A DNA stretch of 64,000 bases from Candidatus Yonathbacteria bacterium RIFCSPLOWO2_01_FULL_43_27 (GTDB taxonomy: Bacteria > Patescibacteriota > Minisyncoccia > Phycocordibacterales > UBA1550): the NCBI GenBank assembly GCA_001823545.1, contig MHUV01000006.1, positions 27,437 to 91,436 on the forward strand, given 5' to 3'. Shown piece by piece: positions 42,323 through 52,669 of the stretch (position 1 is its first letter; each line of letters opens with the position of its first letter). A program made the position numbers and the translations under genes. The notes beneath the pieces are model-generated. The model did not search any database and was not told where the DNA came from. It saw nothing but the letters and a program-made list of their open reading frames with translations.

Positions 42323-43969
42323 CTATTCTTGAGTTTTTTTCTGTGCACCAACTACCTTTATAAACGCGCTAAAAATTGGATGTGGGTTCAAAGGATTTGC
42401 TTTGAATTCTGGGTGGAATTGAGTACCGAGGAAAAAAGGATGGTCTTTTTTGGAGAGTTCAGCAATTTCCATCAAGGCACCGTCGGGGGATGTGCCAGAA
42501 AATACCAGTCCTGCTTTTTCAATACGCTCGATGTATGCGGGGTTTACTTCAAAGCGATGACGATGACGCTCGTCGATGTTATCCACGCCATACGCCGTAC
42601 GCGCGATTGTTCCCTTTTTCAAAACAGCAGGGCACGTACCGAGACGCATACTGCCACCATACTTCCCATTCTTAAGCACTTCTTTCTGCGATTCCATAAT
42701 ATCAATAACGAGGTTTGAAGATTTTGGATCAATCTCGCGCGATGTTGCGTCTTTCAAACCGAGCACATTTCGTGCATATTCAACAACCGCAAGTTGCATA
42801 CCATAACAAATACCAAAATACGGAATCTTGTGTTCACGTGCATAACGAATGACATTCAAGATACCTTCGATACCACGCGTCCCAAAACCTCCCGGCACGA
42901 GAATGCCATCAAACGTAGCGAGTTCAGAAAGGGGCGGTTTTACACCCTCGAACTGCGCTGCAGAGAGCCACACCAGCTCCGCGCGTTTTCCTTGCGCATA
43001 CGCGGAATATTTAATCGCCTCGATAACAGAAATGTACGAATCCGCAAACATAAAATCGCCCGTATCAAAATATTTTCCCACCACGGCGATGCGGACGGTA
43101 TCTTTTGCGCGATGTACCTTACGCACAAACCCCTCCCATTCATTCCACGACTTGTCCTTACCACGACTTTTAAGTTTAAGACGCTTCAATATTTTTTCTC
43201 CCAATTTATCTTTTTCAAAATTACCCGGCACGTCATACACGCTATCAACATCCGGCGCCGAGATCACATTTTCAGGAAGGATATTACAAAAGAGTGCGAG
43301 TTTTTCTTTTCGTTTTTCATCGAGCGCAATATTGCTACGTGCGATGATAAAGTCTGGCTGGATGCCCGTACTATTGAGCGCGCGAACTGCATGTTGTGTT
43401 GGCTTGGTCTTCATCTCACCCACCGTTGATGGTGTGGGGAGATAGGAAACGATAGCAAACAGCACATCATCAGGGTTTCTAATCTTCAACATACGCGCTG
43501 TTTCCAAGAAAAGAATATTTTCATACTCGCCAACCGTACCACCCACTTCAATCACCACGATATCCGCTTTGGCATGATCGGCCGCGCGGTTAATACGGTC
43601 TATTACTTCGTACGGGATATGAGGGACCACCTGTACGCATTTGCCTTTGTACGCAAGCGCGCGCTCCTTTTCGATGACCGACAAATATACGCGCCCTGTC
43701 GTCATATAGTTATCGCGCGTGAGCGGTATTCCCAAAAAACGCTCATAGTTCCCCATATCCTGATCCGTCTCATCGCCATCGTTCAACACAAACACTTCGC
43801 CATGTTCGGTAGGATTCATCGTACCCGCATCGATATTCACATACGGATCAATCTTCATCGCGGTCACCCGATAGCCGTGCGATTGCAATATTTTTCCTAT
43901 AGAAGAGGTGGTAATCCCCTTGCCGACACCAGAAATAACGCCACCTACTACGAAAATATATTTGCGCAT
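42323..43969 (-). CDS. pyrG: CTP synthase
   Basis: GGVISGVGKG, KIDPYVNIDAGTMNP, GICYGMQ, ERHRHRFE, QFHPE. Confidence 0.98.
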   Translation of the reverse strand: MRKYIFVVGGVISGVGKGITTSSIGKILQSHGYRVTAMKIDPYVNIDAGTMNPTEHGEVFVLNDGDETDQDMGNYERFLGIPLTRDNYMTTGRVYLSVIEKERALAYKGKCVQVVPHIPYEVIDRINRAADHAKADIVVIEVGGTVGEYENILFLETARMLKIRNPDDVLFAIVSYLPTPSTVGEMKTKPTQHAVRALNSTGIQPDFIIARSNIALDEKRKEKLALFCNILPENVISAPDVDSVYDVPGNFEKDKLGEKILKRLKLKSRGKDKSWNEWEGFVRKVHRAKDTVRIAVVGKYFDTGDFMFADSYISVIEAIKYSAYAQGKRAELVWLSAAQFEGVKPPLSELATFDGILVPGGFGTRGIEGILNVIRYAREHKIPYFGICYGMQLAVVEYARNVLGLKDATSREIDPKSSNLVIDIMESQKEVLKNGKYGGSMRLGTCPAVLKKGTIARTAYGVDNIDERHRHRFEVNPAYIERIEKAGLVFSGTSPDGALMEIAELSKKDHPFFLGTQFHPEFKANPLNPHPIFSAFIKVVGAQKKTQE

Positions 43970-43983
43970 GTTTAAAATTTATC

Positions 43984-44910
43984 TTAATTGTTTAAATACT
44001 TTCTCACGGCGAGATAACTCGATACCGCACCGAGAACCACACCCGAGAGAATGATGATAGAAAAAATCTGTATGAAATTTGCCACAAAGTAGTGCAAGAG
44101 ATCAATGCCTCCATAAAATCCTTTCGTAGTATTTTTCAGCCAATAGGTGACTGGATAAAAGAGAATGATAGTAATAACCCCTGCAACAAGTCCATAAATA
44201 ATTCCCTCAACAACAAACGGGCCACGAATATACCCGTGCTCACCTCCCACAAGACGCATCACGCCGATTTCTTCACGTGCGATAAAGATAGCGAGACGAA
44301 TCGTATTAAACGTAATGAGCACTGAAATGCCAATCATAACGGCAGTAATGAAACTTCCCAATTTTTTCACGCCCGCAATAAGGCGCGCAAGACGGTCGAT
44401 AGCAACCTTATTATCGTTGTAATTTACCTTATCAACAATAGAAATTAAATCTGTAGAAAAAGAGCTTTTCTTTTCCAAAAATGTCGCTATCCCTTCATAG
44501 TGAGATGGTTCTTTTGCATTGATATTGAGTACTGCCGTCAAAGGGTTCTCCCCTACCTCTTCGAGTGCCTGAAGGATGCGCTGATCATTTTCGTGACGAA
44601 CACGGAATTGTTCGAGTGCCTGTTCGCGAGAGATATACGTAACTGCTTTCACTTCAGGAAGCGCCTCGAGCCTCTTTTTAAGGTCCATAATCGATGATTC
44701 TGGTGCCGTGCGAGTCAGATAAATATTAACATCAATTTTACCCTGAAGTTCTTTGAGTGCGGTGCCGAGAAATGCCGTCAAAAGGAGTGTTGCAGCGACG
44801 AGTGAAAGCGCGATAATCATCACAAATACCGCCGAGAGAGAAACGCTTCCATTACGCCAAAAATTAATAAACCCTGCTTTAAAAATTCGCTTGGTGTTTG
44901 TCCAAAACAT
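43984..44910 (-). CDS. ftsX: Cell division permease FtsX
   Basis: NTIRLAI..RREEI-like, MRLVG, IRGPFVVEG. Confidence 0.92.
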   Translation of the reverse strand: MFWTNTKRIFKAGFINFWRNGSVSLSAVFVMIIALSLVAATLLLTAFLGTALKELQGKIDVNIYLTRTAPESSIMDLKKRLEALPEVKAVTYISREQALEQFRVRHENDQRILQALEEVGENPLTAVLNINAKEPSHYEGIATFLEKKSSFSTDLISIVDKVNYNDNKVAIDRLARLIAGVKKLGSFITAVMIGISVLITFNTIRLAIFIAREEIGVMRLVGGEHGYIRGPFVVEGIIYGLVAGVITIILFYPVTYWLKNTTKGFYGGIDLLHYFVANFIQIFSIIILSGVVLGAVSSYLAVRKYLNN

Positions 44911-45082
44911 ACTGCCATCTTACCATCTTTTTTATCCCGCGCAAAACAATATGCAAGAGATAGTGATAAATCGTTATAGTTGACCATTTTTACACAAAAA
45001 CAAGCGATTGTTTCTATCTTTTACGATTGAATATGTGGTAATTCTACAAAAACATCTTTATGTAAGACATTTTGTTGTGTAA

Positions 45083-45877
45083 TTAATTCCCGAATGTCAT
45101 TAGATTCGAACTCTCATATTTTTTTACTCCTGCAGTAAATAACTTAAGAGATAGCAAGAACCAGACAATAGCGACGACTGATACAATAACGAGTTTTTCA
45201 AGAGATACGTCCCTTACAATTTCCACCGGTAAAGCACCAGCAATCAAAGAAGGGATAAAGAACGTAAAAATAAATCGAGTCGCTCCTTGAAATGACCCTC
45301 CGTGAAAAAGTGTAGGGGTTAAGAACAATTCAAAAAGGCTACTCGTCACCGCGTGTGCGTCAGTAAACAAAAAACTTGCCGACATGACCGCAATCAACGC
45401 CGCGAGGAATACCATAGTCGAGACAACCACCAAGAAAACCATCAGGATAATTTGCACGATACTAATATGAATCAAAAAACTATAGACTCCTAAACATACG
45501 AGACCGAAGACTATATCCCCGATCGCTGAAGCGCTGAAACGAGAAGTCGCTATCCTTATCAATAAATTCTTTGGAGAAACCATAAACCTATCAAAGCTTC
45601 CGCTCGAGACATATTCCGCAGTCAATCCAATACCTGAGGCAATAGAGTGGACAACGCCATACGACAACGAACTAAACCCTAACAGGCCGATGATATCAGC
45701 CGCAGTCCAACCATGTATCACACCAACCGATTTTACAAAGAAAACCCAAATAATAATGAATGCGGTATTATTGATTGTCATACCGACAATATTCATCAAA
45801 AAACTCGTGCGGAGTTCCGCACTGCTTTGAATATTCTTCTTGATCGCATAGAGCGCAAAACTTAGTTCTTTTATCAT
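45083..45877 (-). CDS. ABC-2 family permease
   Basis: Multi-TM, SGSFDRFMVSP; likely start MIKE at 45877. Confidence 0.82.
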   Translation of the reverse strand: MIKELSFALYAIKKNIQSSAELRTSFLMNIVGMTINNTAFIIIWVFFVKSVGVIHGWTAADIIGLLGFSSLSYGVVHSIASGIGLTAEYVSSGSFDRFMVSPKNLLIRIATSRFSASAIGDIVFGLVCLGVYSFLIHISIVQIILMVFLVVVSTMVFLAALIAVMSASFLFTDAHAVTSSLFELFLTPTLFHGGSFQGATRFIFTFFIPSLIAGALPVEIVRDVSLEKLVIVSVVAIVWFLLSLKLFTAGVKKYESSNLMTFGN

Positions 45878-45885
45878 AAATATAA

Positions 45886-46686
45886 TTATCCCCCATTTAC
45901 AGAAACCTTCTTTCTCGCTTTCGCAAAAAGCAAAAGAGTAATCACCAAGAATGCAACGACCCAGAAAACTTGTATCCCTACCTTCATCATCCATTCAACA
46001 CCCCATGTCTCATAAACAGTGTGGGTCACAAACTGTGATGCGCCAAAAGGACTCCATACCGCAAACTTATACATAAGGTCCGGGAATAAGGCAACGGGCA
46101 GATATGACCCACCAAGGATCATCACCGTCTTGTCGACGACCCAAAAGACTGGATCAATATCTTCGATCCAAAAAGCCAATAGCCCAACTGCAGTATATAA
46201 AAATAAAGAAAGGAGCACCCCAAGAAGTACCACGATAACAAGGGTGGGGATAAAAATACGTGCCGACATTGTTTCGGGAATCCCTACAATGAAGGCAAGT
46301 GCAATTACTCCAACAAGAGAGATAACTAGAAATGAGTAGAGCCCTGTACCTACTTGCCACCACATCCGATATGAGAGATATGAGATCGGTTTACACAATA
46401 GTATTTCAACAGTCCCCGAACGAATGTCCCGCATAATTTCTTTCGAAATACCTCTCAAGCGAAGCACTGAGAACGCAAAGTAGAGAAACATGCTCCACGC
46501 AGCGATCAAAAATGTCGTACCATTAACCATGCCGTTATTCAAGCGGAATACATACCAGTACAAGAGAAGAAGTACGCCACAACGAGCGACCATACCAAAC
46601 GTATCGACCATGAGTTTGCCGGGATAATAAATACGATCCCTAACGAGCGTTTGAATTATTTTACTACCGAGCCGGATTACTTTCAT
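45886..46686 (-). CDS. ABC-2 family permease
   Basis: [26 protein letters not shown]; likely start MKVI at 46686. Confidence 0.82.
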   Translation of the reverse strand: MKVIRLGSKIIQTLVRDRIYYPGKLMVDTFGMVARCGVLLLLYWYVFRLNNGMVNGTTFLIAAWSMFLYFAFSVLRLRGISKEIMRDIRSGTVEILLCKPISYLSYRMWWQVGTGLYSFLVISLVGVIALAFIVGIPETMSARIFIPTLVIVVLLGVLLSLFLYTAVGLLAFWIEDIDPVFWVVDKTVMILGGSYLPVALFPDLMYKFAVWSPFGASQFVTHTVYETWGVEWMMKVGIQVFWVVAFLVITLLLFAKARKKVSVNGG

Positions 46687-47659
46687 AAATATTTCTAATG
46701 ATTGTTTCAAGATCGGTATCATAAACATTAATATCATCAACCATAAACACGTCGAGGAGTTTACGGAGTGCCTCTTGAACACCAATTTTACTAATATCAA
46801 TAATCACAGTTATCTTATCCTTACTCTTTACGGCATACTTCAAACCTTCCGGCAACTCAGGAAATACGCTGAATGTAGTATTCGGGGTAATATCGATGTT
46901 CTTTTCCTTTACAAAGGTACGTGCTAATTCTTGTGTTGGTAAATCTTTGACCAGCGTGCCGTGGTTGATGACGATTGTTCTTTCACACAAAGACTCAATA
47001 TCACCCACGTCATGTGATGTTAAGAAAATTGTTGTATTCTCTTCTTTATTTATCTTGAGGAGCAGGTCGCGAAATGATTTCTTTGCCACTACATCAAGCC
47101 CGATAGTCGGTTCGTCAAGAAAAATAATCTTCGGTTTGTGTATCAAAGACACAACAACTTCCGCTCTCATACGTTGACCGAGAGAGAGTTTTCGAACTGG
47201 CTGATCAATGAACGAACCAAGATCGAAAAGCTCCGAAAGCTCCTTGATACGGTGACGAATTTCCCGATCGCTCAGATCATACATAACACCAAAGAATTCA
47301 AGTGAGTCAGTGAGGGGCAGGTTTGGAAGTAACTGGGAGCGTTGCCCGAAAACAGTTCCAATCTTGTACGCAAGTTTTTTTCGATCATTAGATGGATCAA
47401 GACCAAGTACACGTATTTCTCCTGAAGTTGGGAACAATATACCCGTAAGCATCTTAATGGTTGTTGATTTTCCAGCACCGTTCGGACCAATGAACGCCAC
47501 GCGCTCACCACTCTTTACCGAGAAAGAAATATCGTCAACCGCTGTGATCTCTTTAATCTCCGGGTTGAAAAGATTTTTAATCCACCCTACGGATGGATTT
47601 TTTATTGGAAATGAAAAACTCTTTGAGAGACTCGAAACAACAATAGAATCTTGGTCCAT
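46664..47659 (-). CDS. ABC transporter ATP-binding protein
   Basis: [26 protein letters not shown]. Confidence 0.93.
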   Translation of the reverse strand: MDQDSIVVSSLSKSFSFPIKNPSVGWIKNLFNPEIKEITAVDDISFSVKSGERVAFIGPNGAGKSTTIKMLTGILFPTSGEIRVLGLDPSNDRKKLAYKIGTVFGQRSQLLPNLPLTDSLEFFGVMYDLSDREIRHRIKELSELFDLGSFIDQPVRKLSLGQRMRAEVVVSLIHKPKIIFLDEPTIGLDVVAKKSFRDLLLKINKEENTTIFLTSHDVGDIESLCERTIVINHGTLVKDLPTQELARTFVKEKNIDITPNTTFSVFPELPEGLKYAVKSKDKITVIIDISKIGVQEALRKLLDVFMVDDINVYDTDLETIIRNIYESNPAR

Positions 47660-47741
47660 AAATGCAGTATATCCTAATCCCCGACACTTTCATATATGGA
47701 TATTATACGTAAACATATTCACATCCAAAACACCCCCACCC

Positions 47742-47876
47742 CTACTCTTGTGGCAATTCTACAAAAAACGTCGTTCCCTTCCCTGTGGCCGTATCAAACC
47801 ATACTTTACCGCCGTGCGCGTCAACGATTTTTTTGACGCTGAAAAGTCCGTAGCCGGTGGAATGGACGTTTACTTT
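47742..47876 (-). pseudogene. Orphan 3' fragment of a histidine kinase gene (last 44 codons)
   Basis: Translates KVNVHSTGYGLFSVKKIVDAHGGKVWFDTATGKGTTFFVELPQE*, 40/44 identical to the C-terminus of 51128..52669. Confidence 0.9.
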
Positions 47877-48415
47877 CGTTCTTCGTAATTCTTTAAATAT
47901 TCCCTTAAAAACTCCGAGTCTCTCACAATATTGAAAGCAGTGTTGTAAAAAATTATTTCTCCAGCGCTAACTTTTTTATCTTGTATCTCAAAGATATTTT
48001 TTAACTTTTTTTTACTTACCCACACGACATTTAGACCGTTCTCAATTTCACTTTTTGTTCTAGTATCTTTTTTTACTTTTTTTATCGCACGAGCAACAAA
48101 ACAAGTAGTTATATATTTTTTAGCATCTCTATCTCTAAGTTCCTTGATTGTGCCGATTATACCGAGAATTTCAACTTCCTGATTTATTTCTTCAAGACAC
48201 TCTCTAGTAATCTCTGATTCTAAATTATTATTTTCTGCGCCACCACCAGGAAATGAATAGAGATTGTGTATAGGGTTTGTAACTAAAGCTACTTCCCCTT
48301 TTTCATTAAAAACAATAGCCTTAACAGTTTGTCGTTCTGCGTACTCTATTGGTTTTTCTATTTTACTGCTAGAAAAAATATCAGAATCTTTCAAGATTTT
48401 TAGATATTGCGTCAT
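47870..48415 (-). CDS. NUDIX hydrolase
   Basis: Nudix box-like FPGGGAE...RECLEE. Confidence 0.8.
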   Translation of the reverse strand: MTQYLKILKDSDIFSSSKIEKPIEYAERQTVKAIVFNEKGEVALVTNPIHNLYSFPGGGAENNNLESEITRECLEEINQEVEILGIIGTIKELRDRDAKKYITTCFVARAIKKVKKDTRTKSEIENGLNVVWVSKKKLKNIFEIQDKKVSAGEIIFYNTAFNIVRDSEFLREYLKNYEERK

Positions 48416-48420
48416 AAATT

Positions 48421-50457
48421 TTATTTGTTTAGACCGAGTTCTTTTGCAAAAAACGAAAGTTTGTATGCTGAACTTTCAACAATTTTTTCTGTTGATTTAC
48501 CGGCCCCATGCCCTGCATCAACCTCAGTTCTTAAAAAGACTTTGTTAATTTTGTTTACCCACTGAGCTAACGCTGTCATCTTGCGCGAATGTAGTGGGTT
48601 GACGCGCGTATCATTTTCTCCCGTAGTAAAAAAATATGCTGGGTATTCTTTCCCTTCTTTCATATTATGATATGGACTCCAAGACAAAATTGCCTTTAGG
48701 CCCGTCTCATCCCGAGGATCGCCGAGTTCCCCCGTCCATCGCACCGCCAACCCAAAAAGATGGAATCGAACAATATCCAAAATACCAACTTCCGCACATA
48801 CTGCCTTAAACAAATCTGGACGCTGGACAGAAACCGCAGTAACCAATGTCCCACCCATACTTCCACCAGAGATACCAAGGTGTTGTGGATTTGTATATTT
48901 CTGAGAAACAAGATATTCCGCAACAGCAATGAAATCATCGAATGAATTTTGCTTAGTCAACCCAGACCCCTCTTCTTGCCATTTTTTACCAAACTCACCA
49001 CCTCCTCGGATATTTGCAATCGCCAAAACACCTCCACGAACTAGCCATGGGGAAAAATTTTTCAAAAAAGATGGGCGAAGCGAACTACCATGTGCGCCAT
49101 ACCCACTTAAGATAAGGGGATTTTTTGAGTTTTTCTCTATATCTTTTTTACGGATCACAAACAGAGGAATTTTTGTGCCGTCTTTTGAAACACACCATTC
49201 CTGAGCAACAATATAATCTTCTGAACGAAGAGAACTTTCAGTAGACCTGTATTCATCATTTCTTTTTGTGTCTGGGTTATATCTGAATACTGTAAATGGA
49301 ACAATAAATGATTTTACGCCATAAAAATACTCTTCATCGTAATATCGCGCATTAATGCTATGTATGGCCGAAGAACTTGGCAATGGAAGTACATTTTCCA
49401 TAACTCCTTCATGGTCATACACACGAACCTCAGAACATACATTTACCAAGTAGTGAGCAAGTATTTTACTCTTTGAGATTGAGATAGAGTCAAGCACGTA
49501 TTCATTCTCAGGAATAAGCTCAATCCACTTTTCAATAGGCGTACTGTCCCACAACTCGAGAGCTACTGACAACACACGCTTTTTATCTGCCTTATAATTA
49601 GTTAGGAGATACACTTTTTCTTGAGAAAACGATATAGAGAATTTAGCCTTCATCTCGCCAAGAAATAAAGATACTGTTTTTTTGGCTGTATGATAAATGT
49701 AAATTCCATTTTCTGTCCACCCACGAGATACTGATATCACGAGATGCTCTCCGTTTGGGGATATCTTCAACGAAATCATATCGTCTAATGGTCTCCCGTG
49801 CCCAAAAACAAGAACGTCGCTCTCCTGTCCTGTCCCCAATGCATGAAAATATACTTTTAAATGCAAGTGTTCCTCATTAGAAGGAACCTCCCCTTGGTAT
49901 GGATGTCTTGTGTAATAAAAACCAGTTTCATCAGGCAACCACGCAATACTAGAATATCTACACCTTTCAAGTCGTTCGGGAAGAACCTCCCCTGTGTTAA
50001 TATTTTTTATATACACGGTCCCCATTTCTGAGCCTTTTGTAGAAAGCTCATAGGCAACAAATGACGACGAAACTGATTTCGTCCATTGAGAAAGCGTCAC
50101 TGTCCCATCTTGACTCAATTCATTTGGATTTACAACACAAACAGATTCCCCGTTTACGCCTTCTTTCATATAAAGAGCAAACTGTTGCTCACTTTGTTTT
50201 TTTTCTTGATAAAAATGTTTCCCTTGTCCAGGGACAGGTACAGAAAAAACTGTTTCTAAAAAAGATGATGATAATTCTTTTTGAAAAAAACCAAAAAAAT
50301 CACCACGAAGTCCTTTCTCTACGTATTCATTCTGTAGATTAATCCATTTTTTTACTTCTGGATTTTCTCCGTCTTCCAGCCATCGATATGGGTCAGTGAT
50401 AGGTGTGTTCAAAACCACCTCGTTAATTTCATCGCGTTTTGTATCAAAATTTTTCAT
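48421..50457 (-). CDS. Prolyl oligopeptidase (S9A), no signal peptide
   Basis: DPYRWLED, NIRGGGEFG, catalytic GGSMGG, DTRV, GHG. Confidence 0.93.
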   Translation of the reverse strand: MKNFDTKRDEINEVVLNTPITDPYRWLEDGENPEVKKWINLQNEYVEKGLRGDFFGFFQKELSSSFLETVFSVPVPGQGKHFYQEKKQSEQQFALYMKEGVNGESVCVVNPNELSQDGTVTLSQWTKSVSSSFVAYELSTKGSEMGTVYIKNINTGEVLPERLERCRYSSIAWLPDETGFYYTRHPYQGEVPSNEEHLHLKVYFHALGTGQESDVLVFGHGRPLDDMISLKISPNGEHLVISVSRGWTENGIYIYHTAKKTVSLFLGEMKAKFSISFSQEKVYLLTNYKADKKRVLSVALELWDSTPIEKWIELIPENEYVLDSISISKSKILAHYLVNVCSEVRVYDHEGVMENVLPLPSSSAIHSINARYYDEEYFYGVKSFIVPFTVFRYNPDTKRNDEYRSTESSLRSEDYIVAQEWCVSKDGTKIPLFVIRKKDIEKNSKNPLILSGYGAHGSSLRPSFLKNFSPWLVRGGVLAIANIRGGGEFGKKWQEEGSGLTKQNSFDDFIAVAEYLVSQKYTNPQHLGISGGSMGGTLVTAVSVQRPDLFKAVCAEVGILDIVRFHLFGLAVRWTGELGDPRDETGLKAILSWSPYHNMKEGKEYPAYFFTTGENDTRVNPLHSRKMTALAQWVNKINKVFLRTEVDAGHGAGKSTEKIVESSAYKLSFFAKELGLNK

Positions 50458-50558
50458 AAGTATTATTACCAATACATCATCTTTTTTATTCTATTATATA
50501 TTACCAAATACAAGATATTCTGCACTTATTGAAGGATTAGCCCCTCATTTTAAATTTA

Positions 50559-50593
50559 AACCCCTCTTGTTGCGTTACGCAACAAGAGGGGTT
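50559..50593 (-). terminator. Terminator of the micropeptide operon
   Basis: Perfect 17-bp inverted repeat aacccctcttgttgcgt-t-acgcaacaagaggggtt. Confidence 0.8.
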
Positions 50594-50636
50594 ACTCTCC
50601 ATATTCACCATCTTGTGGAGGGGAAAAGAGAGGCCT

Positions 50637-50702
50637 TTACTTGCACGGAGGGTCATTGCTACCGGCGCCATGATTCCCGCCACAGTTTCCGCAGTCTGAC
50701 AT
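50637..50702 (-). CDS. Cys/Gly-rich micropeptide A: MSDCGNCGGNHGAGSNDPPCK (21 aa)
   Basis: Manual translation; preceded by AAAGGAGGTGA Shine-Dalgarno; resembles peptide B. Confidence 0.75.
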   Translation of the reverse strand: MSDCGNCGGNHGAGSNDPPCK

Positions 50703-50750
50703 ACCAATCACCTCCTTTCTGTGTGTAGTTTTTACTACTGAGAAAGAGTT

Positions 50751-50819
50751 CTACCCGTTGCAATCGCCGTCGCAAGGAGCACCTCCCGCCTCACAGTTAC
50801 CACCGCAGTTGTCACTCAT
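50751..50819 (-). CDS. Cys/Gly-rich micropeptide B: MSDNCGGNCEAGGAPCDGDCNG (22 aa)
   Basis: Manual translation; preceded by AAAGGAGGTGA Shine-Dalgarno. Confidence 0.75.
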   Translation of the reverse strand: MSDNCGGNCEAGGAPCDGDCNG

Positions 50820-50857
50820 GGCACTCACCTCCTTTGTTTGAGACGTATGGAAAGCTT

Positions 50858-50962
50858 CTACTTCCAAGGTTCTATAAAAGACGGGTTTTCTCCTCGAGGA
50901 ACGCTGAGTGTGGGACCAGTGATACTAAAACTGCACAAAAACTCTTCACTTTTGTCGATCAT
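50858..50962 (-). CDS. Micropeptide C: MIDKSEEFLCSFSITGPTLSVPRGENPSFIEPWK (34 aa)
   Basis: Manual translation; preceded by AAAGGAGGAGG. Confidence 0.6.
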   Translation of the reverse strand: MIDKSEEFLCSFSITGPTLSVPRGENPSFIEPWK

Positions 50963-51064
50963 CTGATCCTCCTCCTTTTACCGAGGCACGATTATTATAT
51001 AACTCCTTTATATAAAAAACAGGGAAGGTGTCCTCTTGTGAAGCTAAATTAACTATCTAGGTGT

Positions 51065-51093
51065 ATCATACCCCCCCGCCACCTTTTTGTCAA
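51065..51093 (-). promoter_or_regulatory. Sigma70-type promoter for the micropeptide operon
   Basis: TTGACA-17 bp-TATGAT on the minus strand. Confidence 0.75.
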
Positions 51094-51127
51094 GAGCAGT
51101 AATTTTCAATTGAACCTGATTCTCCCC

Positions 51128-52669
51128 CTACCCCCTCGGCATCTCCACCCAAAACGTCGTTCCCTTCCCTGTTGCGGTATCAAACCATACCTTGCCACCG
51201 TGTGCGTCGACGATCTTTTTGACACTAAAAAGGCCGTAGCCGGTAGAGTGGACATTTACTTTGAGTGAATCTTTGCCGTGACCGCCCTCCTTAAAAAGGT
51301 TTGGTTTATCTTCATCACTGATACCAATGCCAGTGTCTTTAACAGAAAAGAGAATAGCGTTCCCTTTTTTCGACAATCCTACCGTAACCCCGCCTGCGAG
51401 GGTGTAGTTAACAGCATTCTCAACGAGATTTTTTAGAACGTGGGTAACGAGCTGGACGCGGTCACCGACAAATGTATAATCTCCCTCTTCAGAAATATTC
51501 GTCGTAAGTGAAAGCCCTTTTGTTTTTGCTTCCGACTCGACATCGTGCACCACCTCAAGCACCGCTTCTTTAAAATCAAATGGTTCTGGCTTTAACACAA
51601 GATCTTGACCAGATTCAAGGATCACAATAACCGAGCGAATAAGTTTCTTGGTATCGTCGTGGGCTTGCTCGAGGAATGGGCGCGCCTGATCTGAGACTGC
51701 GCCAAAACTACCGTCGAGAAGCATGCCGAACATATCTTTATCTTTCCCAAGCACATTTTTAATATCGTGACTCATAATACGATTGACACTCTTGAGCCTC
51801 CCTGCCAACTGCTCGATCTCCTCACGCAACGCAACTTCCTTTTTGACGCTTTTAATGAGGAAAAGGCCTATGAAAATTACAAAAACAAACGTCACCGCAC
51901 CAAGAATTTTCCCATTGAGCGTTTCCGCCATCACCGCCTGCGCAATAACCGCTGTCCAAATCGCAAAGGTCATCAATTCTGCAATAATAACTTTAATATT
52001 GAAAAGATGATGCTTAATAATAGCAAACGCAATAGACAATACTAGAATTAAAGTAAAAACAGGGCCTAACCAAGTATATTGAAATATGCCTATGTAAGGA
52101 AGTACGAGATCAGTAATAGTTGCAAAAAAAGAAGAGAGTAAGGAACCTAAAAAAATATATTTTAATTGTGTTTTTTGTAAAACATCTTTTGTTTTTCTGT
52201 ATTGTAAAAAAAGTGCCAAGTATCCTAATACAAATAAAAATGTTATGTATTCACCATAAAAAATATATCCTTGCTTTATTTCATATGCTTGTAAAAAAGT
52301 ATCACCAATTATTAACTTTGTAGAAAAAAGAAAATAAACAATAACAAGAAATGTAATCATTGGTAGGGCTAGTACATACTTCTTCTTTATTAATACTGAA
52401 GGAAAATTTAACGAAAAATATAGAAAAAATAGAGCAATAAAAGCTGCCGCTGTATGTGTCAAAGTTAGCCAGATCTCTGGGGAGAGGAATTTAAAGCCTG
52501 AAGAGAAAAAACCCAAAATTGCGATACTCCACAAAACCACACCAAAAGATATTGAGCCAAAAAAAATGTTGATTTTATCCTTTGGATCTTGCAATAAAAC
52601 GACTAAACTTAGAATTAAGTTGATTAGAATGACAACCGAAAAAATATATGGAAGAAAATTAAGCATCAC
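51128..52669 (-). CDS. Sensor histidine kinase with N-terminal multi-TM (HisKA_7TM-like) input domain
   Basis: About 270 hydrophobic residues, H-box SHDIKN, NLVENAVNY, DTGIG, GYGL. Confidence 0.92.
   Translation of the reverse strand: MMLNFLPYIFSVVILINLILSLVVLLQDPKDKINIFFGSISFGVVLWSIAILGFFSSGFKFLSPEIWLTLTHTAAAFIALFFLYFSLNFPSVLIKKKYVLALPMITFLVIVYFLFSTKLIIGDTFLQAYEIKQGYIFYGEYITFLFVLGYLALFLQYRKTKDVLQKTQLKYIFLGSLLSSFFATITDLVLPYIGIFQYTWLGPVFTLILVLSIAFAIIKHHLFNIKVIIAELMTFAIWTAVIAQAVMAETLNGKILGAVTFVFVIFIGLFLIKSVKKEVALREEIEQLAGRLKSVNRIMSHDIKNVLGKDKDMFGMLLDGSFGAVSDQARPFLEQAHDDTKKLIRSVIVILESGQDLVLKPEPFDFKEAVLEVVHDVESEAKTKGLSLTTNISEEGDYTFVGDRVQLVTHVLKNLVENAVNYTLAGGVTVGLSKKGNAILFSVKDTGIGISDEDKPNLFKEGGHGKDSLKVNVHSTGYGLFSVKKIVDAHGGKVWFDTATGKGTTFWVEMPRG

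Noticed and set aside
42794-43975. Long plus-strand ORFs over pyrG
   Set aside because: Antisense shadows of a conserved gene.
50396-51052. Plus-strand ORFs 50396..50728 and 50834..51052
   Set aside because: No SD or motifs; the promoter, SDs and terminator all support the minus-strand micropeptides.
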